Part shown: positions 14,054-26,031 of the stretch, piece by piece
How the letters are laid out: each line of letters opens with the position of its first letter
Numbering within the stretch: the stretch's first letter is position 1
Assembly: GCA_951406725.2 (NCBI GenBank)
Contig: OX597824.1
Span: 64,666,001-64,730,000, forward strand
Reading direction: 5' to 3'
Origin: Octopus vulgaris
Lineage: Eukaryota
Length of the DNA stretch: 64,000 nt
Position numbers and translations under genes: made by a program
Notes under the pieces: generated by a model
Database searches by the model: none
The model's input: the letters and a program-made list of their open reading frames with translations, nothing else
What the model was told of the DNA's origin: nothing

Positions 14054-14370
14054 GTAAATGTAATATGTTACAATTATTCGGTAGCCATGATAAAACTCCA
14101 AGTTTCGGATGCCGGGGTGGAAATCCACGCCGCCATCTCTTCAGTTATCCGGCCATCAGAAAAAATGCTACGAAAATCTATAGTGGATTTTCATAGCATT
14201 TTTTCCGATGGCCGGATAACTGAAGAGATGGCGGCGTGGATTTCCACCCCGGCATCCGAAACTCGGAGTTTTATCGTGGCTACTGAATAATTGTCACATA
14301 TTACATTTACAGATAAATTCCTCTATTTACATAATATCGAGGGCTCTTTCATTCTTTTGTTGTCTTACCA
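14049..14370. mobile_element. Penelope-like inverted pLTR pair: 267-bp palindrome plus a 3' tail
   Basis: Arms 14049-14178 and 14186-14315 are reverse complements with about 6 mismatches; each arm carries a hammerhead-like core. Confidence 0.8.
14215..14275 (+). ncRNA. Type I hammerhead ribozyme-like motif (mirror copy on the minus strand, about 14089-14149)
   Basis: GATAA-CTGAAGA-GATG...CATC-C-GAAACTCGGAGTT^TTATC; stem I is GATAA/TTATC and there is one extra C before GAAA. Confidence 0.7.
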
Positions 14371-14490
14371 TATATATATATATATATATATACGATGGGC
14401 TTGTCTACCAAATCCACTCACGAGGTGGGACTGAACTTGGAACCATGTGGTTGCACCTATATATACTTATATATATAATACATATGTATG

Positions 14491-14533
<43 letters not shown>

Positions 14534-14552
14534 ATACATACATACATATATA

Positions 14553-15735
14553 TATGAAGAACTCTTCTGTCATATTCGACACATGCGGACCAAAGAATTT
14601 TACTTTCTTTATTTTATTCCACATTTTAGTGTTCGTGTCTTCTGTGAAACACTAGAGCTGCTTTCTTTTCGCAAACCAGGCCGCATCCTTCACAGTCAAA
14701 ACGTTGAAAAGAAACTACATTTTTTTGACGTTACTTTAGATCACTTAGGTTCTCAATCTGTTTGTTGTCATGGCTGCTGGTATCATTTTGACAGAATTTC
14801 TTCCACCAATGAAAGTTAACTGTACATTACTCAAATGCTGATGCTTTTATCCCAATATGTTTCTCTTTGTATGTAAGAAGACGTCTTCCTCCATTTCGCA
14901 ACCCTACGTCAGTGGTTATTTTCGGCAATCTTTCATCATTCATCCTAGCAAAATAACCAGCCCATCTCAGTTGAGACTGTATCAAGAAAGCCTCTAAACT
15001 TTCTATATCACATTTATGAAGCAACTGTTTATTAGAAATTTTATCCTTCCGTGTGAAATCACAGATATTTCTAAGACATCTCTTGTGGAAAATATCCAGC
15101 TGCGTGATATGTTTTCTATATGGTGTTCACGATTCAGACCCATATAACATTGTTGAAACGATAACTGTGCGGTAAACTAAGATTTTGGTTTTCAAACTTA
15201 GTCGTCTCTCATTCCATACCCTTGCTTGCAACTTTCCAAAGGCACCGCTAGCCTTAGCGATTCTGTTTACAATTTCATCATCAAAAGAAGCGATAGTAAT
15301 GATTTTAATTCATATACATGAGAAGGACTTAGAGGCATATTGTTCACAAGAATTTGACATGATGGTGCATTGTATTGGGGCCAAGGTAGTGCAATACTTC
15401 TTCTTTGGATAAGTGTTGGTTCTGGCTGGTATATAACTTCTATCATTTTTCATACTTATTGTTAAGCCAGACGTTTTTATTGCAGAAGAAAACCAGCTTG
15501 CAGCTTTTTGCGCTTCCTGGAAAGAATTAGCTACTCGAGGCGCAACATCTGCAAACAAGTTGTCTAAAAGCATTTTCGTCCAAGGAAGGGCCCTTGTCTT
15601 AAATCTTTGATGATTGAATATCTCACCTGATATTCTAAATTCAAGCAGAACGCTATAATATCTTTCAAGACATACTCAAGTATCAGGGATAAGTAAATAG
15701 AAAGCAAAGCAGTGGCCATTATGCACATCTATTTT
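14553..15735 (-). pseudogene. 5'-truncated RTE-clade LINE (end of RT, C-terminal zinc finger, 3' UTR)
   Basis: LFAD-like motif, EIVNRIAKASGAFGKL, KTKILVYRTVIVSTMLYGSES, QLRWAGYFARMNDERLPK and a C-terminal CEGCG...HRRH; many stops and frameshifts. Confidence 0.88.
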
Positions 15736-15800
15736 ATATCACTTTTTACTCGAAAAGCGAAAAGGATCTAAAGGAGTGCCATCCGACTTATCGAAAGCTT

Positions 15801-15832
<32 letters not shown>

Positions 15833-15884
15833 ATATATATATATATATACACACGTGTGTGTGTGTGTGTGTGTATGCATATAT

Positions 15885-15916
<32 letters not shown>

Positions 15917-16486
15917 GTATATATATACACACGCAATATAAATGAACATACACACATATTTGATTGTTAAACTTCCCGGAATACGCCTGCTCTTTTCCAC
16001 ATAGCTTCCTCACATGTGAAGTTACGTGATCTAAAAGAATTTTTTGACGGACCCCATACAAATGTTGTACATGTCTACATTTGCTTTTCCTGCAACAGTA
16101 TTTTTAGCCTGGGGATAACAGAACAAAATAAATACATCAAAACTCTGCTAAAATGTCAAGTAAATTTCTAAAAATTTCGTGTTGATATGGAACGTAGGTT
16201 GACACAGTGACTGGGTCTCTTTCAAAACAATATGAAATAGATTTAATAGAAGTTTATATCATACAGTTCTATATTTAAGAGATGAGGAATTATGTACATT
16301 ATTTACATTATTTACATTATTTACATTTGACGGATATTTGTCATAATCTTGTTTGATGTTAACACAACGTTTCGGCTGATATACACTCCAGCCAGGTATC
16401 TTGTGGAAATTTCGAACCTAAGTCATTATTGTTGTTGTTGTTGTTGTTGTTGTTGCTGCTGCTGCTGTTGTTGTTGTTGTTGTTGA

Positions 16487-16539
<53 letters not shown>

Positions 16540-16561
16540 CGAGTTCGATTCCAGGCAACGA

Positions 16562-16638
<77 letters not shown>

Positions 16639-16659
16639 TTTCGGTTTTTTTTTTGGACA

Positions 16660-16835
16660 TTCACTAGTACAACACCAAAAAAAACCCCGAAATATATGGC
16701 ACACTAGGCATAACAACAACATGAACTTCCAACCTGTTGTCTCTTGAGGTCTCTGGGTGAGACTTGGAGCCAACTTGTACAAATATAAAGCAAAAGTCAA
16801 ACATAGAATAATAATAATAAAAATAATAATAATAA
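16660..16835 (+). mobile_element. 3' UTR fragment of the R4/Dong LINE, ending in (TAA)n
   Basis: Reverse complement of about 17311-17430 (TTGTCTCTTGAGGTCTCTGGGTGAGA...AAAAGTCAAACATA). Confidence 0.85.
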
Positions 16836-16884
16836 CACAGAAAGATACCTTAGAAATGAGAACCTAGGTTCGAAATTTCCCCAA

Positions 16885-16930
16885 GACACCTGATGAAGGC
16901 TGGAGTGTATATCAGTTGAAACGTTTTATT
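16885..16930 (+). ncRNA. Minimal hammerhead-like motif
   Basis: GACAC-CTGATGA-A-GGCTG...CAGTT-GAAACGTT. The inverted partner reads CAGCC-GAAACGTT-GTGTT, which completes stem I with GACAC. Confidence 0.6.
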
Positions 16931-17310
16931 AACAACAAACACGATGAGAACAAATATCCGTCAAATGTAAATAAGTTTATATCAATTTACTAATTTGATA
17001 AATTATATATAAACTTTTGCAATAATGTAAGTTCAAATTATATTACTTCAGAATGTAGATATGCTTATTGAATTACAATGACTGGAAGAGATACTGCCCT
17101 CCAGGCGGTTTTGTGCTAATTTGTGTAATACGTATATCATCTCATCCTTTTGCATATGTAGATCTACTCTTGCAATGAATCGCTTCCTAATGCAATCTTG
17201 TGTGTGTGCGTGTGTGCACACTCACACACACACATATATATGCACACATACATACATATGTATTATCATCAGAATAATCAGTATTATTATTATTATTATT
17301 ATTATTATTT

Positions 17311-18897
17311 TATGTTTGACTTTTACTTTGCATTTGTACAATTTGACTCCAATTCTCACCCAGAGACCTCAAGAGACAACAAGTTAGAAGCTCATGTTGG
17401 TGTTATTTCTAGGGTATCATATATTTGGTTTTGCTCATAGTATCGTTCTAGAGAGTGTTTAAGAAAACAAGAAAATTATGAGATTGTTTTGAAATTTGAG
17501 ATTACATAGACAGTAGGATATGGGCAGTTACTATGAACACTCTCTTTTGGATTTCTGCCATTTTGAGGTTTCCTGGTATCTGAGCTAGGTAGGAATCAGC
17601 CCCTTTTGCTATCATTCCTAGGGCACCTATGACAAAAGGTATTGTTTTAGTCTTGAGGTTCCACAATTTGCCAATCTCTATTTCAAGATCTTTATAATTG
17701 CTCAGTTTTTGGTAGGTCTTGACAGATACATTTCTATCGATTGGGTCAATGAGGAGTCTGGTCAATGAGGAGGCATGATTTTTGTCTGAAATATTTCAGT
17801 ATAATGTCTGGCCTAATCGCATCTATCTTTCTGTCAGTTTGAATGGTGAAGTTCCAGAGGAGTGAGATGTGGTCATTTTCAAGCACTGGAGGTGGTTTGT
17901 GTTCCCACCAGTTTTTATCAAGGAGCAGGTCCAGGTTTTTGCAAATTACCCAGTGGATATATTGTGTTGCTCTATCATGCATGTTGAGATACTCTGTAGG
18001 CGTAAGAAGACGGCACATAGCGACAACATGATCAATGATTTCACTTTGTTGTTGACATACATGACATGTTGGGCTACTGCCGTTCTTTAATATGTTGGCC
18101 TGGTAGTTCCTTGTAGGTAAGCATTGATCTCGGGCTGATATGATAAACCCTTCTGTTTCTGATATTAAGCCAGAGGACACTAACCATTGTTGGGTAAGGG
18201 CTTTGTCAACATCGGCACTATTCGCTTTCTTTGGGTATTTGCCATAGAGAGGTTTTTCTTGCCATTTATCAGTAAGAATATCTAATTCAGCAGTTTTAGC
18301 ATGGGTTTTCATACGCTTAGCTTTTTCTGTGCTTGTTTCTAGTACGTCTAATTCTGGAATTTGTTGTATTTGGAATTCACTTAGATATTCCTTTGCCTGT
18401 TTTGTTACTGAGTATGGTACTTTCTTGCTTTCATGCTTTGAGACAAGTTTTATCATACTGCCATCAGAGTTTTTCAGGTAGGTGTCTAGGCCAAATGTAG
18501 CAATCTTTATTGTTAATTCCAGTAAAAGTCCACGGCCACCCTCTTTTCTCGACAGACCAAGTCGTTATATATCTGCCTTAGAGTGGTGCATTCTGTGCAT
18601 TGTCAACAATTTTCATTTTTTTTTTTGTCAAGATTACATATTTCAATAATTGACCAGTTAATGATATTGAAACTAAGTCACGACCGGTATTTCTAAAGTA
18701 TTGATCGCTTTGATCCTGTTTCTTGCATTCAGCTCTGTGTTGAGTATTGCCCTTATCCTGCCATAACATTCTCTTCTGATCCTTTTCCTCATCACTGAAT
18801 GGTTGATTCCGTCCCCTTCAAATACCCCTAGATATTTGTAGTGCTCCGCTAGTTCTAACTCTTTTATGACATTCTGCTGATCAAGATTAATATTGGA
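17311..18897 (-). pseudogene. R4/Dong-clade LINE, 3' half
   Basis: ORF 17746-18456 has ETEGFIISARDQ, the knuckle CHVC..E..DHVVAMC, MHD and RPDIILK..LID; downstream is IPFVIGALG. The 3' end abuts (TAA)n. Confidence 0.92.
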
Positions 18898-19010
18898 TTC
18901 TTCTTCTTCTTCTTCTTCTTCTTCTTCTTCTTCTTCTTCTTCTTCTTCTTCTTCTTCTTCTTCTTCTTCTTCTTCTTCTTCTTCTTCTTCTTCTTCTTCT
19001 TCTTCTTCTT
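18898..19010. repeat. (TTC)n microsatellite
   Basis: Seen directly. Confidence 0.95.
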
Positions 19011-19011
19011 C

Positions 19012-19830
19012 TTTATTATTCTATGAAAACTCACAACTTATTTTGCTGGGTGTGATGGAAAGTGTCAGCTATCGACAGCCAGCAGACTAAGGTGTCACTT
19101 GTTTACTGGTCATGCTTCAAGAATCCCGCGAAGAATTCTTGCAGTTCCAAGCAATGCTGATTTTTTTGTAGGTGTTCTACCTAAACACTTGCACCAATCT
19201 TTTTTAGCCATGTTGGTATCTGAGTGCTGATACTTCCAAGTGCACCAATTACTATTGGTATCACGTCTACTCTCATCATTGACCACAACTTTCGTATTTC
19301 CCACTTCAAATCGTCATAGTGGTATATTTTTTCTTCTTCTTTCGCATTGATCCTGTTGTCACCGGGACATGCTGTGTCCATTATCATACATGTTCTTTCT
19401 TTTTTATTCACCACAACAATGTCCGGTTTCCGATGTCTGGTCGGGTGATTGCACTGAATCATTGCATCCTACAGGATTTTGCAATTCTCATTTTCGGTTA
19501 CTCCTTCTGGAGTTTGCTCATACCACGTCTTTGCTCTTTGCAGGCTGTGATTTCCACAGAGCTCCCAATGGGTCATTCTTGCCACACTGCCATGGTGCCA
19601 ATTTCTGGTATTCGCTATCGATGTGCCATACCGTTTCATCCCTCTCACCACACATTCTGCATTTGTCGCTACCGGTACTGTTGTCTATTCTGCATCTCAT
19701 ATAGTTGGTCATTAATGCTTGTTCCTAAGCTGCGCATATAAGTGCTTCAGGTCACTCCTCCTCATCCATAGCCACCGGTCCTCTGTATCTGTTTTAATAT
19801 TCTCATCTTTTGCAAACTGACCCAAAGAAT
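19012..19830 (-). pseudogene. Second R4/Dong-clade LINE family, 3' part
   Basis: CRMCGERDETVWH, RKPDIVVVNKKERTCMIMD.ACPGD, VIPIVIGALG and KSALLGTARILR. Confidence 0.92.
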
Positions 19831-19839
19831 TCCTCTCAA

Positions 19840-20490
19840 CACATGGCTAGGATGCTCCGCCACTACTTCTCGTTATCAGAGATGCATATATCGTCAGCCA
19901 TTAAAGGACATGCTCCACTGGTTATGGTCAAGCAATTGACAAGAAAATCTGTAGTATTGAGCAGAATATTTGCTGTAGCTCATCTTTTATACCTAGACAA
20001 AATAATGTACATGATAACACTTCCAATCATTTAAGATCAGAAGCCATGAAAGCCACTCTTTTACTCGTTTCAGTCATTTGTCTGCGGCCATGCTGGAGCA
20101 CCGCCTTTAGTCGAGCAAATCGACCCCAGGACTTATTCTTTGTAAGCCTAGTACTTATTCTATCGGTCTATTTTGCCGAACCGCTAAGTTATGGGGACGT
20201 AAACACACCAGCATCAGTTGTCAAGCGATGTTGGGGGACAAACACAGACACACAAACATATGCACGCACATGCATATATATATATACACATATATCCGAC
20301 GGACTTCTTTCAGTTTCATCTACCAAATCCACTCACAAGGCTTTGGTCGGCCCGAAGCTATAGTAGAAGACACTTACCCAATGTGTCACGCAGTGGGACT
20401 GAACCCGGAACCATGTGGTTGGTAAGCAAGCTACTTACCATACAGCCACTCCTATGCCACTGCCTGGAACTGCATCAGGGCATGATATTG
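19840..20490 (+). mobile_element. Unclassified retroelement 3' tail, split by a SINE A
   Basis: Its end (TTAAGATCAGAAGCC..GCCACTGCCTGG.ACTGCATCAGG) recurs on the minus strand at 31620-31675, and both copies are followed by (TTA/TTG)n. Confidence 0.55.
20058..20455 (-). mobile_element. SINE family A, full length
   Basis: Flanked by GCCACT direct repeats; colinear with the other copies. Confidence 0.92.
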
Positions 20491-20521
20491 TTGCTGTTGC
20501 TGTTATTGTTGCTGTTGCTAT

Positions 20522-20705
20522 TAAGGCGACGAGCTGGCAGAATCGTTGGCACGCCCGTGTAAAATGCTTAGCGGTATTTCGTCCGTCTTTACGTTCTGAG
20601 ATCAAATTCCGCCGAGGTTGACTTTCGAAGTCGTTAAAATAAGTAAGTACCAGTGGAGTATTGGCGTCGATGTAATCGACTTACCCACTCCCTCGAAATT
20701 GCTAG
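20522..20705 (+). mobile_element. SINE family B variant (short tail)
   Basis: Head GGCGACGAGCTGGCAGAATCG and a partly deleted Nin-like segment. Confidence 0.8.
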
Positions 20706-20785
20706 CTTTTTTCAGTTTCCGTCTACCAGATTCACACACAAGGCTTTTGTTGGCATTTGATAGCAAACTTATTACCACACAATTA

Positions 20786-20833
<48 letters not shown>

Positions 20834-20871
20834 CGTATGTACGTTTATACATGTGTTCATTTATTCTCAAC

Positions 20872-20937
<66 letters not shown>

Positions 20938-21169
20938 ATGCTTGTTTATGATTTTGTCCAAGACGTTTAACACTTGTACTATCAATAGATATCAATAAAA
21001 TAAGTTTCAGACTTGTATAGGTACGACTAAGTTCGATATGATTGGCTAAATCCTTGAATATAGAGCCACCATTCCAATGACTGGAACTAATAAAATACGA
21101 AGAAATTAATAAGAAAAGCGTCTATAAATTTCGAAAATTAAGAATCATTATTTCCCTCACATAAAAACA

Positions 21170-21450
21170 GAGAGCTAGCAGAATCGTTGATGCGTCGGAC
21201 AGAATTTTTAACAGCATTTCTTCCGCCTTTTTTTACGTTCTCGTTTCAAATCCATCCGAGATCAGTTTTTGTCTTTCATTCTGTCGTGATAGCTGACATA
21301 AAAGATTTGACTTGCACTTCATTATAACGACCCCGAAAAAATGGAAGACAATGAAGATCTCGACTGGATTTGAAACGAGAACATAAAAAGCAAGAATAAA
21401 TTCTGCTAAATATTTTTGCCGATGTCTCAAAGCTTCTGCTAGGCCTCCGT
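21170..21450. mobile_element. Two old family B-like SINE fragments in tail-to-tail orientation
   Basis: GTTCTCGTTTCAAATCCA..CGAGATC on the plus strand is mirrored by GATCTCGACTGGATTTGAAACGAGAAC. Confidence 0.65.
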
Positions 21451-21491
21451 TTTTAATGCATTAACGTACAAACAAAGTATTAACCAAATGT

Positions 21492-21765
21492 GAAGGTGCA
21501 TGGCCTAGAGGTAGAGTGCTGCATTCGCGATCGCAAGATGAATCCCAGACCGACAGTGCATCGTATACTTGAGCAAAACTCTTCATTTAACTCCGTCTAT
21601 TCAGCTGTAAATTGGTAACCCTACGATAGACTGGTGGTTCGCTCAGGGGTAATGTTGGCCTGTCCGCCTAGCCAGCAGGAGAGCATCATTCGAAAATGAC
21701 AACAAATCGAGGAAGTGCGTTGTAACCAGCGGTAATATCTATCAGCCTGGTCAATACAGTGACTA
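21492..21765 (+). mobile_element. Old tRNA-derived SINE with CORE-like and V-domain-like segments
   Basis: Head TGGCCTAGAGGTAGAG, CORE-like CTTGAGCAAAAC and V-like GTAACCCTACGATAGACTGG..TCAGGGG. Confidence 0.55.
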
Positions 21766-22038
21766 ATCAAGTATTTGAATTAACAGTATCTACTAGCTCC
21801 TCATTAAAATTATTGGTCTTATACCTTAATTAGAAACCATTACTTCTCTTATCAGCTTGCAATTTGACCCTGGTACTTAATAGTTACTCATCCTTGGTAC
21901 TGATGACCCAACCCCACACCCTTGGTTCATTTTTTTTTATGTTCATTCATTTTATTGGCTTATTCTCACCAACAAAACTTTCCAGTGAACAAAAATTGCG
22001 TGGGCTGCAACATTGCAGCTTTCATTATATATTTATAA

Positions 22039-22490
22039 CGAGCAAAACGACCCCCGTCCAATGGACGGTGCTGAGTTGTCAAATATTTAAACCAAATTTT
22101 CTCAAAACAACTTGTCCGAAAATTCCATAGGCCTTTCCTTTGAGAAATACTGATTTAACCTAAATTTGAGACACCAGCAAAAGAAGAAATAAAGATAGAC
22201 TTTTTACTATTCCAAAGAAAAACAATTTTATTCACACAAATATACAACCAAAGAGTTTAAAGTACAAGTAAGTACATCGCAACAGCTGATGTACTTGCGC
22301 CTACAAATGCACGTTCCCACGACTTTATCGATCGCATACTCACCTGGAATCGATTTTTGCAATTGTTTCAAGACTTATACACGCCCTGATACCGTCGGTA
22401 TCTACATATCAAATTTGAGCGCAATCGGATGGAGGATGCCCGGGATCCTAGAAGACACACACGCAGACAGAACGGATTTTATATAATAGA
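22039..22490 (-). mobile_element. Non-autonomous Helitron-like element
   Basis: The minus strand starts TCTTATATATAAAATCCGTTCTGTCTG and ends with the perfect hairpin CCGTCCA-T-TGGACGG followed by CTCG|T (a CTAG variant). Confidence 0.75.
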
Positions 22491-22496
22491 CAATAC

Positions 22497-22705
22497 GGCG
22501 AGCTGGCAGAGTCTTTAGCAAGCCAGGCAAATGCTTAGCAGCATTTCTTCCGGCTTTACGTTCTGAGTTCAAATTCGGTCGAGATCGACTTCGCCTTTCG
22601 TTCCTTTCAGTGTCGATAAAATAAGTGCTTGTTAAGTACTGGAGTCGATGTAATCGACTTCTCCTCTCTTAAAATTACTAGCGTTGTGGCAAATTTAGAA
22701 AGAAT
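22497..22705 (+). mobile_element. SINE family B variant
   Basis: Head GGCGAGCTGGCAGA, B-box GAGTTCAAATTC and a Nin-like segment. Confidence 0.8.
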
Positions 22706-23015
22706 CACATATTTATTTATTATATACGTTCTCTCTTCGCTGCTTTCTGTTTTTCATTTTGCGTTTTTTTTCTCTTCTCTTAATGTCCTTCAGCAGTTCT
22801 TTCCTTTTTTTTCTACCTTCGTTCTATCATTAACAGTGGTATGATAACCATTTCAATTACTATTTGTACAAATATTTACTCCAGATTTTCAAGACTCATT
22901 GCAGCTTTCAAGTATTCATATGAAACACCAAATACAAGCTATACAGACAAACACAAACTTATATCTGATATCTGTAACGTGACGTATCTTCCAGCATACT
23001 TTAAAACTATTTTTT

Positions 23016-23050
<35 letters not shown>

Positions 23051-23593
23051 CATACACTCACGTATAAGCAAGTTTTCGTTGTCGAGGGTTTTTCCAAGAT
23101 TTCTTCAAAAGGTTGCAGATGTTGAAGCTTCCATTTTTCATGACAGTTCTTTCCGATGTGTAAACTGAATTTATTATTCGTCTCAAAATCAGCCACTCAT
23201 CCGCTGAAGCTTAAAAACAAGTCTAAAATTACAAACAACATGAACACCAAAGACATTACACTTCATACACACGCACACAGAAACATAAACACACACACAC
23301 ACACGTACATAAACATTGGCCACGGTGACCGTTATATCAATATTTAGAAGTGCACACATCGTCACCGCCGTAATTAAAACAACGTTCTCACCATCTCTCA
23401 CATTTTATAAGTGAAGAAAATGATAAAAATCATCTTTACATTTCGAGAAAGTAACACATAGGATGCAGTGAATGCAGAAAGAATATATCATCAGTAAGGT
23501 GAGAGAATGTGTCGAAGGATTTTGATAAACTAGTCAAATACTCAACATGTGCGTGTGTGTGTATAGGTATGTAACGGTATTTTAGGTGGAGTC

Positions 23594-24189
23594 GAAGGCG
23601 TCGAGCTGACAGAAACGTAGCACGCCGGGCGAAATGCGTAGCCGTATTTCGTCTGCCGTTACGTTCTGACTTCAAATTCCGCCGAGGTCGACTTTGCCTT
23701 TCATCCTTTCGGAGTCGATAAATTAAGTACCAGTTACGCACTGGGGTCGATATAATCGACTTAATCCGTTTGTCTGTCCTTGTTTGTTCCCTCTGTGTTT
23801 AACCCCTTGTGGTTAGTAAAGAAATAGGTATTTTGTCGCCGTTATGTTCTGAGTTCAAATTCCGCCGAGGTCGACTTTGCCTTTTATCCTTTCGGGGTCG
23901 ATAAATTAAGTACCATTTACGCACTGGGGTCAATATAATCGACTTAATCCGTTTGTCCTTGCTTGTCTCCTCTGTGTTTAGCCCCTTGTAGGTAGTAAAG
24001 AAATAGGTATTTCGTCTGCTGCTACGTTCTGAGTTTTAATTCCTTTCATCCTCAAATTTGCCTTTCATCCTTTCGGGGTCGATAAATTAAGTACCAGTTA
24101 CACACTAGGGTCGATGTAATCGACTCAATCCGTGTGTCTGTCCTTGTTTGTCCCATCTGTGTGTAGCCCTTGTGGGCAGTAAAGAAATA
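23594..24189 (+). mobile_element. Tandem trimer of SINE family B within one 18-bp TSD
   Basis: One full unit plus two 5'-truncated units; GGTATTTTAGGTGGAGTC at 23576-23593 and 24190-24207. Confidence 0.92.
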
Positions 24190-24404
24190 GGTATTTTAGG
24201 TGGAGTCAGTGGTCACCAGTTGTAACGGTAAATGTAATGATATATATTGGAGGTCGATAGTTACCAGTTGTAACAGATGTTGATGCTGCAGATATTAACT
24301 GAGTAACTTGCTGTCAACTATTGTTTCTCTGTGAGGAAAGTGCTGCTACCGTATGCTTAAATGAAGCCACAACAGGTATCTCTGTTTGTATATGTATGTA
24401 TGGT

Positions 24405-24600
24405 TCAAATTTACAGAAAACAAAAGACGAATACAGATGAAGGAACAACAACCAAGTGTATTAGTTTAACACTCGGGAAGAATGGAAACGCCTTTGATGT
24501 TTCGTGCCGACGCTCTTCCACAGAAAGTATTAAGAGGTGAAAAAAACCCGGAGAGAGCGCGAAAAAAGACGGAGACAGAAAAAATTTGTATTAATGGTAC
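24405..24600 (-). mobile_element. Short Penelope-like repeat with a non-canonical hammerhead-like core
   Basis: Inverted homolog of 26030-26195; the core reads CTGTGGAAGAGC..GCACGAAACATC. Confidence 0.55.
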
Positions 24601-24706
<106 letters not shown>

Positions 24707-24852
24707 ACCGTATAATTTTCTTTTGTGATTTAAATTTCAAACCAATAGCCAATCGAATTAATCTAAATTTTCTTTACCTAGTGGTCAGCATTTCTAAACT
24801 CATAGTTATTTCGATCTTGAAAGGATGGACTTGGTGCAAACTTAACTGTATC

Positions 24853-24883
<31 letters not shown>

Positions 24884-25230
24884 ATTAATAGTAATTTTTA
24901 TTAACTTTTATAGCTTTAGAATTTTATGAACTGAACCATGGTTTTAATTATTATTTTTCATCTCCCTATGTGTTAGTTTTTTTTAAAAAAAACTATTAGC
25001 CAAATATGTATAATATCGGTACTTATTAATATTAATATATACACTGATATATATTTTGTTTTATTTTGTTCTGTTTACCTTCCTTTATTGTACCAATGAG
25101 TATTATATTATATAAGTGTAGCATTATGATGTATAAGTTTTTATATTTTTAATATTTTACATTTTTATATTTTTATATTTATATGTATATGGTTATATAA
25201 TATTTTTCACAATTATAACAAATTTAATTT

Positions 25231-25346
25231 AATTCTCTGAAGAGGCCGTGGGGCATCCTTGTTAATGCCTCATTTATACCTGCCTTTATGGCTTATAGGT
25301 TAAATGAGGTATGACTGCCCTCACTGCCGAAACAGCTGTCAGTTTT
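25231..25346 (+). ncRNA. Type I hammerhead-like motif with long branched stem II
   Basis: CTGAAGA-GGC...GCC-GAAAC-AGCT-GTC. Stem II includes GTGGGGCA/TGCCCTCAC and ATGCCTCATTTA/TAAATGAGGTAT; stem I is weak. Confidence 0.7.
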
Positions 25347-25533
25347 GATTTAATTACATATTATATTTGAAATTTTTTACTTATATCTCTTTGTCTTTTT
25401 ACTATTACTGTATATTTTATTTTGTATAATGCCTTTACTCATATGTAATGGTGTATTAAAGTATTGATTGGGTATCATCGGATAGTTGATGTTTTATTGA
25501 TTTAAGTATGTTTCTCCATTCTCTAATTTTGTA

Positions 25534-25580
<47 letters not shown>

Positions 25581-25993
25581 TATATGTATATATATATGTA
25601 TGTATATGTTTATGTTCATACATACATACAGGTATATATACATACATGCGTAAATGCATATATAGATACACGATGGCTTAGCAGAGCGAAACTTCGAAGT
25701 CACTGTCAACAACATTCTTGTTCAAGAATAGCAAATTTGTATTATATAAAAGTATAGAGTAATCCATGAAATTAATGTAAAATTGTTTTTATTATAACAT
25801 GGTCAATGCGACGATTACACGCTACACACATTCCTTCCAAGCACTGCTGTAAACAGCGAAAGCGAGCTAGAACGTTAAAACTTAGTTCACATGCACAGCA
25901 GTGTTCGAGGTCAATCTGTACCAAGCGGTGTTACATTTCGTGCTTTAGCTACATTACTATTGCAAGAGTCCGGATACCTATTGATCAGACCTA

Positions 25994-26029
<36 letters not shown>

Positions 26030-26031
<2 letters not shown>

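Larger units (their letters stand above)
16262..16972. mobile_element. Penelope-like inverted pLTR pair enclosing microsatellites and a LINE tail, 12-bp TSD
   Basis: About 16319-16422 is the reverse complement of about 16862-16972; AAGTTTATATCA is duplicated at 16250-16261 and 16973-16984. Confidence 0.8.
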
